Below the pieces are notes generated by a model. The model was given only the letters and a program-made list of their open reading frames with translations. It had not been told where the DNA came from and ran no database searches. Shown in pieces: positions 48,850-56,744 of a DNA stretch of 64,000 bases (positions are counted from its first letter, which is position 1; each line of letters begins with the position of its first letter). This stretch comes from Bacteroidales bacterium (GTDB lineage Bacteria > Bacteroidota > Bacteroidia > Bacteroidales > UBA3663): contig JAFWRO010000007.1 in NCBI GenBank assembly GCA_017519885.1, forward strand, positions 39,815 to 103,814, read 5' to 3'. Both the position numbers and the translations under genes were made by a program.

Positions 48850-51315
48850 TTAGTTCTCGCACATCACCACCGACTCTCCTGCCTGAAGCTCCAGCAGGAA
48901 GCATCCGTCAGCGCCCTTCATGATTCCTCCTACCCTGCCATCGGCAGTGTGGAACACCGTCAGTGCGTCGGCCTTGGTGCCGAACACGACGCGTTGCGCC
49001 TGCCCGGTGATGTTGGCCAGAAAGAACATATCGCGCCCATCAACCAATCGATGCGTATGCACCACGGCCTCATCACCTTCCAGTATCTGAAGCGGTCTTT
49101 CGACATCGAAAGCTTGCTTGAGCACCTGTACCCCACTTGCCTGTAATCGTTCGAGTGCAGCCTGCGATGCGGGAATGACGGTGGCATCATCGGCAATGAG
49201 CAATGCCCTATAGGTGATGCCGTCGGGTGTCGTGAGTTGTCCGTCGGCGGTAGGCGAAAGCCTGTGTTGCAAGGCATCGCCCGTACACACGTCCCAATCC
49301 AGGCCGTGCAGACCGTGAGGCAACCGATGGGTCAACGTCTTCATAGGCAGATCGTCGCCCATATAGACCAGCACGTCGGGTGCCGCCTTGCCCAGTCGCA
49401 GCATCGCCATCGAGCGATTCAGTGCCATCCACATCGGCTTCATGTCCTCCCATTGCGGATTGCTGCGGTTTACGGCATAGACGCGACCTGCAACGTAAGG
49501 TTCCGTGGGATGCGCCATGGGCAGATGCGGCGTAGCGCACACCACCATCTCCTGTGCCCCATTGGCCAAAGCGATATCGGCCACACGCTTCAAACTGAGA
49601 GGCGTATCCTCGTAACTTGCATCGGTCATGGCCTCTGCCGAAGCGATAGGCTTGCCGTAGAGGTGGCAGGCCGAAGCACCGTCCTTGACGTCCCAGGCAC
49701 CATTTTTCTGATAGGCCCAGAATTCCGTCTGCGGCTTGTCCACCACCTGCTTCACATCGATGGCATCACCCGTAATGCAAAGTCCGTTGCCGATAGCTTG
49801 TGCCGTGAAAGTGAGCCCGTTCTCTCTTGCCAGACGCTGAAATGTGCCGTAGTAGTTTTCTCTCATGCAATCGTTCACAGTCCTTCGTAGGTCCAGGAGT
49901 ACGTTCTTCGTCTTTTCGACCGAATCAATGATGTAACCTGCCAGCATAGGCAGATATGGCTTCAAATCATATCCGCGCCGCATCTGGAACTCCTCCAGCA
50001 TCTGCGGTGTCCAATTTTGCGAACCGCCTTCATGCGAGTCCATGCAGACACCTTCCACCCAGTCGATGCCGTTGGTACGCAAAGTATCGAGAATGGGCTG
50101 CATATAACTGTTCCAATGCAGTTCGGCAGCTTCCTTCGAAAGTTTGTCACATTCATAGCCTAAAAGATTCTCTCTACCATGTTTCGAACGTGCTCCCGTC
50201 AGCACAGCTGCAAACCTAACAACACGCCACGAAGAGCCCTCTGGAGCTTTCCAGTGCAGTCGTCCATCTTTTATTTTTGAAGTGAGGTCAATGATGTCGC
50301 ACGACCTTACTACCTCGTCAGCGGCATACGTTGGACTTTTGTCTTGTTCCGAGAAATCGCTATGCAGGGCGGCACGTTCCTCCCATCGGTCCAGTTTTGC
50401 CTCCTGCCCCACACTCAACGTGCGCAGCAGTGTATCGCCGTAATACTTCACTCTAAATTGTTTCGCACGAGTGGCAGGGAATGCCGTTGTGCGGAAGGAA
50501 TAGCCGCTTAGGCTGCTGTACATATGCTGCAGTTCCACCACATCTTTCCACAATTCGCCATCCTCACTTGCTTGCAGCATTCCGATGGGACCAAACGTCT
50601 TGAAGAGAGCACCATCGAAGGGTCTTGGCCCCTCAATCATCGTTTCCTTTGTCTCTCGTTCCAAAACAGAATCGGGCATCTGCATTGCCCCGTTCCTGCC
50701 CTTTCCTCGGGCCACATAACGCGCCGTGAAGTGCCGATAGATGTCCGGTTCATTCCTCACAGGAAAAGCCATGACGGCAATGTCTTTCACATATCCACGC
50801 GTATCGGCTATTGCAGGCAGATCCACATCAATTTCCTGTCCTCCCTCTATCGTCATCTCTGCCGAGGTCACCCGTTGCATGGCATGAGGCGGATCAATCC
50901 ATCGTCCACCTGCCACGTAACCATTTGAAATATTTAGTTCGAACGTAAGCCCCACGCGATGTGCTTCACGTGCCGCAAACTTCAGGTGTTCCCACCACGT
51001 TGGTGAGAAGCCATCCTCTGGTTCATTCTCTTGTTTCAAACGATTATCCCCTTCCACGGCCTTCCTGCTGGGGCGATGGTTCTGATCATAATAAACCACG
51101 CCACCGAATCCAGCCTCTTTGAGCGACTCCACATCTGCCGTGATCCCTTCGTTTGTGGTGTGCTCATATCCGAAGAACCACCACGTCTTGACGCGGCTGT
51201 CGTTCCTCGTCTCCGCCGCTTTCCATACTTCAATCAGTTTATCATTGGGAGCCTGCGAGAAGAGACTGATGCTCGAAAATAGAGCCAAAAAGGGAAGAAT
51301 ATACCTTGTTTTCAT
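48850..51315 (-). CDS. Glycoside hydrolase, GH106-like (second paralogue)
   Basis: ORF 48850..51372, trimmed to MKTRYILPFLALFSSISLFSQ. The N-terminal block is RVKTWWFFGYEHTTNEGITADVESLKEAGFGGVVYYDQ. The architecture matches 20657..23089. Confidence 0.6.
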   Translation of the reverse strand: MKTRYILPFLALFSSISLFSQAPNDKLIEVWKAAETRNDSRVKTWWFFGYEHTTNEGITADVESLKEAGFGGVVYYDQNHRPSRKAVEGDNRLKQENEPEDGFSPTWWEHLKFAAREAHRVGLTFELNISNGYVAGGRWIDPPHAMQRVTSAEMTIEGGQEIDVDLPAIADTRGYVKDIAVMAFPVRNEPDIYRHFTARYVARGKGRNGAMQMPDSVLERETKETMIEGPRPFDGALFKTFGPIGMLQASEDGELWKDVVELQHMYSSLSGYSFRTTAFPATRAKQFRVKYYGDTLLRTLSVGQEAKLDRWEERAALHSDFSEQDKSPTYAADEVVRSCDIIDLTSKIKDGRLHWKAPEGSSWRVVRFAAVLTGARSKHGRENLLGYECDKLSKEAAELHWNSYMQPILDTLRTNGIDWVEGVCMDSHEGGSQNWTPQMLEEFQMRRGYDLKPYLPMLAGYIIDSVEKTKNVLLDLRRTVNDCMRENYYGTFQRLARENGLTFTAQAIGNGLCITGDAIDVKQVVDKPQTEFWAYQKNGAWDVKDGASACHLYGKPIASAEAMTDASYEDTPLSLKRVADIALANGAQEMVVCATPHLPMAHPTEPYVAGRVYAVNRSNPQWEDMKPMWMALNRSMAMLRLGKAAPDVLVYMGDDLPMKTLTHRLPHGLHGLDWDVCTGDALQHRLSPTADGQLTTPDGITYRALLIADDATVIPASQAALERLQASGVQVLKQAFDVERPLQILEGDEAVVHTHRLVDGRDMFFLANITGQAQRVVFGTKADALTVFHTADGRVGGIMKGADGCFLLELQAGESVVMCEN

Positions 51316-51341
51316 AGTTGTCCTGTTTATCCTCTTGCGTG

Positions 51342-51349
51342 CAAAGATA
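51342..51349 (-). promoter_or_regulatory. -7 box TATCTTTG(CA) for the GH106-like gene
   Basis: The minus strand reads GCTTATCTTTGCACGCA about 27 nt upstream of the ATG at 51315. Confidence 0.55.
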
Positions 51350-51410
51350 AGCTTTTTCAAAGCATATTCCAAATAATTTAGGGAGAAAGTGGAATCGACG
51401 CAGAATTAAA

Positions 51411-51848
51411 TGGACAAATTGGGACATAATTGGACAAATTTGGACAGTGCCAAATTTCGATTTCGTAACTTTGCAGCGAAAAAGGAATGCGGACAAAAGC
51501 GGACATTTCCGGACATATGCGGACAAATGCGGACAGTGCCAAATTTCTTTTTTGTAACTTTGCATCGTGAAAAAGCAATTTGCTGAAAGGTGACAAAAGG
51601 TGACAAATAGTGACAAAAGGTGACAGTGCCAAATTTACTTTTCGTAACTTTGCAACGTGAAAGAGGTTATGTATCGGAAAGTGACATAAAGTGACATAGA
51701 CTGACACAAACTGACAGTGCCAAATTTACTTTTTGTAACTTTGCAGCGAGAAAAAGCATTGTTCCGAAAACTGACAAAAACTGACAAAAGCCGACAAAAA
51801 CCGACAAATTCGGACATTGCCAAATTTGCTTTTCGTAACTTTGCAACG
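51411..51848 (+). repeat. Five tandem ~90-bp units, each with 4-5 phased 10-bp GACA iterons plus a conserved ~35-bp core carrying a TAACTTTGCA -7-like box
   Basis: The cores GACAGTGCCAAATTTnnTTTTCGTAACTTTGCAnCG end at about 51478, 51567, 51657, 51748 and 51848. Iteron flavours differ by unit: TGGACAAATT, GCGGACAnnn, GGTGACAAAn, (A/C)(G/T)TGACAnAA, and CTGACAAAA/CCGACAAAA. Confidence 0.9.
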
Positions 51849-52020
51849 TAAAACGATTAATGGTCGCACAGCTCAAAATTATAAAAAAATTGAATCAAAA
51901 AATTATAAGAAGAAAGGGACGAAATTGACCACAACTATTTTGGTACAATCCTCCTTTGATAATTTTAAAACTAATTTTCTTATAATTTTGAGCGCAGCGA
52001 CCCCAAAAATAAAAAAAACA

Positions 52021-52887
52021 ATGAGACCAAGAGTACTGACAATGGACTACATCAACGTGCCGATGGCACTGCTGCAGGAGGTCAAGGACGACCCCTTGCA
52101 GTGGAGCCTCGTCGCCCTCAGTGTAGCCATGAAGTGCCTTAGTCCCAGCAGCACCTACATCTTCACCAGTGAGAAGAAGTTCCGTGGTGACTTCCATCTC
52201 GGCTACACCAAGGCGCGAAATCTCCTCGAAGCCATCCGCGAAGGCAACAGCCTGTTCCAGATGACGACATGTCCCAACGGCAGGACAATCATCGTTGCCC
52301 GCTCGCTGAAAAAGATTTACGCCTCCAAAGTCATCCTCAAGGACGGACGCAAGAGCCTTGAGATGGTCGTAGGAAAGATAAGGTGCTGCACCCGCGAAAA
52401 CCTCCACGTCACAGAAATCGAAAGCGAGATGCGCCAACTGCTTCTCCTGACCAACATCAGTGCCAAGACCCGCGCCGACGAGTTACAATCGAAGGGGCTT
52501 CCCCTCACGGGAAGTGCTTCTCATGCGGCAAAGACCATCTTGTCAGTGAACTACCTGGCCAGGGCAACAGGACGCAGCCCTCGCACCGTCAGTCGAATGA
52601 CCAAGGCCGCCCGTCAGCAGCGTGTGATCAACGTCATCCAGTATCCGCTCGTCCGGTGCTGCGATGACATCCTCCACACCCTGCCACCTGACTCGGTCGG
52701 CAAGGTCATCCGCATCGGTTTCCTCGGCTTCACTCGTCGCTGCAACGACTACCAGCTCCTCTCGTGGGACTGGCGCCACCGTTTCCAGCACATCCTCTAC
52801 GCCCATCGTCGCCGTCTTACTCAAAACCTCGTCCTCCGTCATGGCGAGGTTCTGAGCCAGACCGATCTCCACGCTCTCTACGATTAG
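52021..52887 (+). CDS. Hypothetical protein with a putative HTH (possible iteron-binding or initiator-like protein)
   Basis: ORF 51817..52887, trimmed to MRPRVLTMDYINV because the upstream part reads through the repeat array. The HTH-like segment is SVNYLARATGRSPRTVSRMTKAARQQ. GACA iterons flank it on both sides. Confidence 0.6.
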   Translation: MRPRVLTMDYINVPMALLQEVKDDPLQWSLVALSVAMKCLSPSSTYIFTSEKKFRGDFHLGYTKARNLLEAIREGNSLFQMTTCPNGRTIIVARSLKKIYASKVILKDGRKSLEMVVGKIRCCTRENLHVTEIESEMRQLLLLTNISAKTRADELQSKGLPLTGSASHAAKTILSVNYLARATGRSPRTVSRMTKAARQQRVINVIQYPLVRCCDDILHTLPPDSVGKVIRIGFLGFTRRCNDYQLLSWDWRHRFQHILYAHRRRLTQNLVLRHGEVLSQTDLHALYD

Positions 52888-52915
52888 AAAACGCGACAAA
52901 AACTCGACAAGCAAT

Positions 52916-52949
52916 CATTGTTAATTGTTAACTGTTAATTGTTAATTGC
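52916..52949. repeat. TTGTTAA heptamer microsatellite
   Basis: CATTGTTAATTGTTAACTGTTAATTGTTAATTGC, the same motif as at 37681 and 38596. Confidence 0.8.
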
Positions 52950-53093
52950 TCTCGGGTCCACTTTGTCCTCCTATAAATAAACGAAGGGTCTAAGAGAGAG
53001 AGTTTAAAGAATGGGAATACGAAAAATGAGTGTGTGCGTAAAAAGAAGAGAGGAAGTAGATGAAAGGTGGGAAGCGAGACAAATTCTCCTGGA

Positions 53094-53173
53094 GGAAATA
53101 GTCGGGGCTTTTAGCCCCCCTACCCCCCCTCAAAGGGGGGCGGGGTAGGCTAAGCCCCACTAAGACTATTTCC
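53094..53173. repeat. 80-bp GC-rich imperfect palindrome (REP/MITE-like hairpin)
   Basis: GGAAATAGTC-GGGGCTT-TTAGCC-CCCCTACCCC..caaa..GGGGTAGG-CTAA-GCCCC-(5-nt bulge)-GACTATTTCC. The arms pair along almost the whole length. Confidence 0.8.
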
Positions 53174-53258
53174 AAGAGAATTTGTAGAGCGAAGCATCTT
53201 GAGAGTGATTTTATTGATAAACAACCAACCAAAATTATTAACCCTTTAAAAAAAAAGT

Positions 53259-53747
53259 ATGATTTTCATCAAACAAATCACCACAGTTGAGGAGCTCTGG
53301 AACACAGCAGGGGCTCCCACCGGACAGATCGCCGTCGATGCCGTCGTCGATTACGTCAAGCGAGTAAACAGTCATTCCGCACAGCAAGTCGCCTTCTACC
53401 TGAACGTCGATCAGCGTTTCCTGAACGAGACGATGAAGTTGTTCGTAGGCGTCAGCCTCAAGGAGTTCATCATGCAATGGCGTATGCGCCAAGCTCTCGA
53501 CCTGCTCGATGACGAGAACCTCTCAGTCGAGGAAGTGGCCCATCGCTGTGGATTCCGCCGAGTAAAGAACCTCATTGCCGCCATCCACGCACGTTTCGGC
53601 ACCACCCCGTATGCCTATCGCAATGGCTCCGTACTCCGCAACGGCAACTACCGATTCAACCAGGAGACGCACCAGCGCAAGAGCATCATCGAGAATGCTG
53701 AGAAACTCCGCTCCCGCAACGAGAAACCCACTCCGAAAGAAGAATGA
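53259..53747 (+). CDS. AraC-family helix-turn-helix domain protein (short, 162 aa)
   Basis: FIMQWRMRQALDLLDDENLSVEEVAHRCGFRRVKNLIAAIHARFGTTPYAYR is a typical AraC-type double-HTH C-terminal region. Confidence 0.8.
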   Translation: MIFIKQITTVEELWNTAGAPTGQIAVDAVVDYVKRVNSHSAQQVAFYLNVDQRFLNETMKLFVGVSLKEFIMQWRMRQALDLLDDENLSVEEVAHRCGFRRVKNLIAAIHARFGTTPYAYRNGSVLRNGNYRFNQETHQRKSIIENAEKLRSRNEKPTPKEE

Positions 53748-53764
53748 TCCATCTCCAACGTCGG

Positions 53765-54177
53765 CATAACCTTTTTTGGCCAAGATTGGTTATGCTCCCA
53801 TCGCTGCATACCCTTTCTTGGCCAAGATTGGTTATTCTCCCATCGCTGCATACCCTTTCTTGGCCAAGATTGGTTATGCTCCAACCGGAGCAAGCATTCT
53901 GTCGGCCGTCAGAGTACTCTATCCAACCGCGGCATAACCATTCCTGGCCAAAACTGGTCATTCTCCTCCCTCCGCATACCCTTTCTCGGCCAGGATTGGT
54001 TATGCTCCCATCGGCGAAAGCATTCTGTCGGCCGTCAGAGTACTCCATCCAACCGCGGCATACCCATTCTTGGCTAACTTTGGTCATTCTCCCATCGTCG
54101 CATACCCATTCTTGGCCAAAATTGGTCATGCTCCTGCAGAAGAATACCCAATCTTGGCCAAGATTGGTCATGCCTCG
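53765..54177. repeat. Tandem array of about 8 copies of a 42-bp partially palindromic unit; two units carry an extra 42-bp insert
   Basis: The unit is CATAaCCtTTcTTGGCCAAGATTGGTTATGCTCCCATCGCTG, with a nested palindrome CATAACC...TTGGCCAA...GGTTATG. The insert AGCATTCTGTCGGCCGTCAGAGTACTCnATCCAACCGCGG occurs twice. Long ORFs are open on both strands (53744..54238 + and 53686..54246 -). Confidence 0.9.
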
Positions 54178-54212
54178 ATTTCCACCACGCATCCTATCCA
54201 TTTTGGTTCTGC

Positions 54213-54400
54213 GCAATCGGTTGAATCGCGAAAAATAATGAGCCACAACAATCTTTTTTCTCGTTGAATGAGCATTATATCAAAAAAATGCGTATATTTG
54301 CACGCAGAAATGAATTCCTATCATTTCACATCATTCTACCCATTTCGGTTCCGACCTGCCATGTGACGGGCGTTAGCGAAGTTGTGCAAGAAGATTGCCA
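54213..54400 (+). repeat. Conserved ~190-bp module, copy A: GCAATCGGTTGAAT box, -7 promoter box, 18-codon ORF
   Basis: It aligns with 56745-56930. Shared blocks are GCAATCGGTTGAAT, GCATTAT.TCAA.AAAAATGCGTAT.TTGCA, CTTCTACCC, GTGAC.GG and A.CGAAGTTGTG. The -7 box TATATTTG is at 54293-54300. The micro-ORF 54310..54366 encodes MNSYHFTSFYPFRFRPAM. Confidence 0.75.
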
Positions 54401-54668
54401 TTCTATTTGGGCGTGACTATAAGAGCATCAGCAAGCATATCAATAAAGCGCGTAAAGAGGAATTTGCAGGTTCTGTGGTAGTCGCAAAATTTGCGAATAC
54501 CACTCGACATGGAAATGAGCATTATATAAAAAATGAAGAAAGAGAATTATAAACAACAAATCGAGCAATTTTGCCTTAAAGAAAAGCAAAACAAGCATTC
54601 TAAATGTTAAATTTGCAAAATATATGCAGATTCTCAAAATAAAAGTTCATTAATTGGGATTTTATCTT

Positions 54669-54676
54669 TATATTTG
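54669..54676 (+). promoter_or_regulatory. -7 box TATATTTG(CA) for the AAA15 ATPase gene
   Basis: CTTTATATTTGCACCG lies about 23 nt upstream of the ATG at 54699. Confidence 0.6.
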
Positions 54677-54698
54677 CACCGAGAAAAACGCCAAATAT

Positions 54699-55991
54699 AT
54701 GATACAGGAAATAAAAATCAGAAACTTTTTATCGTTCAAAGATGAAGTAAAATTCAGCTTTGAGGCTACAAACGATAAGTTTGCCGAAGATTCCCAGGTA
54801 GTAACAATCAACGAGAATACCAGACTGTTACGATTTGCCATCATCTACGGCTACAATGCTTCGGGAAAATCTAATTTGATAAGCGTTTTAGATTTTTTGT
54901 CTTACTTCTGGTCTGCTAAACCTAACGACATGGATTCAAAGACCGGAGTAATACCTTTTAAGCTTGATGGCATATCTTCAGACAAACCTTCAAGCTTTGA
55001 GGTAGTATTCTTTGTGCAAGATACCAAATATTGCTATCAGTTGGAATTGGATCAGCATCAGGTATATTTAGAGAAGCTGTCATATTACAAAACGACTCAG
55101 CCCATCATGTTGTTTGAAAGGACGCTGAAAGATGGGCAGTCGGATATTCAATTTAATCCAAAGGCAGAAAAGATAAGTTCCGCAGCAAAAGATATGATAA
55201 GCGTAAATTGCCTGAAGAATACGTCTTTCTTCGTAGCACGCAACCAGGTGAACGTGAACCTTCCGATTATCGATGCGGCAAAAGATTGGATGAGGAAACA
55301 GCTGATGCCTGTGATTTCACCGACAACTGGTCTAACTTCCTACGCCCAAAAGAAAGCTTCGGAAAACAGATCATTGATAAACTACATCGTAAAATTTCTG
55401 CATGAAGCCGATTTCAACGTTACAGATGTTTCAGCCAATGTCATTAGCAAACAACTGACAGATGATGCGGTAAAGTACCTAACAGAAGAGAGTGACATCG
55501 CTGATGAAGAGACTGCAAGGGAGGTTGAAAGAATCAAAAAAGAACGAACGATCAAGCAGATTCAGACGGTATTTGAACACACGGTAGAAAATGACAATGG
55601 AACAGAGACCTACCAGATGGACAAAAAGGAAGAATCCACAGGAACGATGCGGACTTTTGGAATCGAAGCAGCCCTTTATGAGGCACTTAAGGACGAAGCA
55701 GTTCTACCGATTGATGAATTAGAGACATCGCTACACCCAATGCTGTTAGAAAAGATCTTGTTTGAATATCTGAAGACACCTTCAAGATCTCAGCTTATTG
55801 TCACAACGCACAATGACGGGTTGCTGGATTTGCTTGATGACTTAATCCGAAAAGACTCAGTCTGGTTTACCGAGAAAAAGAAGTCCGGCATTACAGACCT
55901 TTACAAGCTCACAGATTTCCGAGGGATCAATCGACTTTCGTCAATAAGGGAGGCATACCGAAACAAACGTTTTGGAGCCACAATGAGATAA
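54699..55991 (+). CDS. AAA15/AAA_21-type ATPase (OLD/Abi-like ABC ATPase)
   Basis: ORF 54654..55991, trimmed to MIQEIKIRNFLSFKDEV. Walker A is GYNASGKSN. Walker B/D-loop is VLPIDELETSLHP. The H-loop region is LIVTTHN. Confidence 0.85.
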   Translation: MIQEIKIRNFLSFKDEVKFSFEATNDKFAEDSQVVTINENTRLLRFAIIYGYNASGKSNLISVLDFLSYFWSAKPNDMDSKTGVIPFKLDGISSDKPSSFEVVFFVQDTKYCYQLELDQHQVYLEKLSYYKTTQPIMLFERTLKDGQSDIQFNPKAEKISSAAKDMISVNCLKNTSFFVARNQVNVNLPIIDAAKDWMRKQLMPVISPTTGLTSYAQKKASENRSLINYIVKFLHEADFNVTDVSANVISKQLTDDAVKYLTEESDIADEETAREVERIKKERTIKQIQTVFEHTVENDNGTETYQMDKKEESTGTMRTFGIEAALYEALKDEAVLPIDELETSLHPMLLEKILFEYLKTPSRSQLIVTTHNDGLLDLLDDLIRKDSVWFTEKKKSGITDLYKLTDFRGINRLSSIREAYRNKRFGATMR

Positions 55992-55995
55992 AACC

Positions 55996-56718
55996 ATGGA
56001 GGAAAGAGAAATTGCAGAAGGCATAGAGAAGCGTCCCTATTTTGAAACTGTCTCTCCTGTTTCGATGCCATTACCAGATGACGGAACGAGGGAGATGGGC
56101 GAGCTTTACCCATTTCTCATTTGTGGAGGCACAAACACTGAGCGCTATTATTTTACGCATATCAACGACAAAACAGAATACAAATTCAACATAAGGCCAA
56201 GGTACTTTGGCGATGAGTCGAATTATACCAACGCTTTCCCCAAAAGAATTAGAGAAGTGCTCAGTGCCAATAACGATGCGAAGATATATTGTGTATTCGA
56301 TTGGGACACGATATATGGTGATGGGACAAAGCTAAAGAAACATGAGGCTTTTGAAAAGCAATTCCAAACAGAAATCCTCAATGGAACAGTTACGATATGT
56401 CCCAGTATGCCTTGCATTGAGTATTGGTTTCTACTTCACTTTTGGGATTATACCAAGCTTTTGAAGAGCTATGGAGAAGTTGCGGACTTGTTGGCTCCAC
56501 ACTTGAAGCCGTGCTTCCCGTATGAGGATATCTCTTTGAAGAAGCTATTGAAAACCGAGAAGTATCTTATAGACCCTACGTGGGTCGAGAATCTATGCGC
56601 CGAAGGGAAACTTGCGTTAGCGATTGAGCGTGCCGAGAAAAATATTGTTGCTGCTGTTGCAAATGGAACTCTAAAAGAACAATCGTTCTCCTATGTTTAT
56701 AAGGTTTTTAAGAAGTGA
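55996..56718 (+). CDS. RloB-like (Toprim-related) protein, partner of the AAA15 ATPase
   Basis: 240 aa, starting 4 nt after the ATPase stop. FLICGGTNTERYYF resembles the RloB N-terminal (CEG.kTE..YF) block, and a later acidic block is IYCVFDWDT. Confidence 0.65.
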   Translation: MEEREIAEGIEKRPYFETVSPVSMPLPDDGTREMGELYPFLICGGTNTERYYFTHINDKTEYKFNIRPRYFGDESNYTNAFPKRIREVLSANNDAKIYCVFDWDTIYGDGTKLKKHEAFEKQFQTEILNGTVTICPSMPCIEYWFLLHFWDYTKLLKSYGEVADLLAPHLKPCFPYEDISLKKLLKTEKYLIDPTWVENLCAEGKLALAIERAEKNIVAAVANGTLKEQSFSYVYKVFKK

Positions 56719-56744
56719 GCCTCTTTTCTCCCTCCCTTTGTCCC

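Noticed and set aside
51411-51848. CRISPR array interpretation of the ~90-bp periodic repeats (and of the 42-bp array at 53765-54177).
   Set aside because: The variable parts are themselves 10-bp tandem repeats rather than unique spacers, and the 42-bp array has no spacers at all. No cas genes are nearby.
51443-51848. Sigma-54 promoter reading of TTGGCAC, present on the minus strand of every repeat core.
   Set aside because: The -12 element (TTGC at N5 spacing after TGGCAC) is absent in all five units.
51242-51876. Several 62-124-aa minus-strand ORFs (and the 5' extension of ORF 51817..52887) running through the tandem iteron array.
   Set aside because: The reading frame of the conserved core differs from unit to unit, and the peptides are repeat translations (CKVTKSKFGTV...). 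The conservation is at the DNA level, not the protein level.
52990-53232. 80-aa minus-strand ORF spanning the 80-bp GC-rich palindrome.
   Set aside because: It reads through a hairpin element (PRPPLRGGRGAKSP) with no start context and no conservation signal.
53686-54246. Calling either repeat-array ORF (186 aa on minus, 164 aa on plus) as a CDS.
   Set aside because: Both frames are open only because the 42-bp unit lacks stops. Neither could be favoured by eye, so it was left as a repeat feature and reported as a finding.
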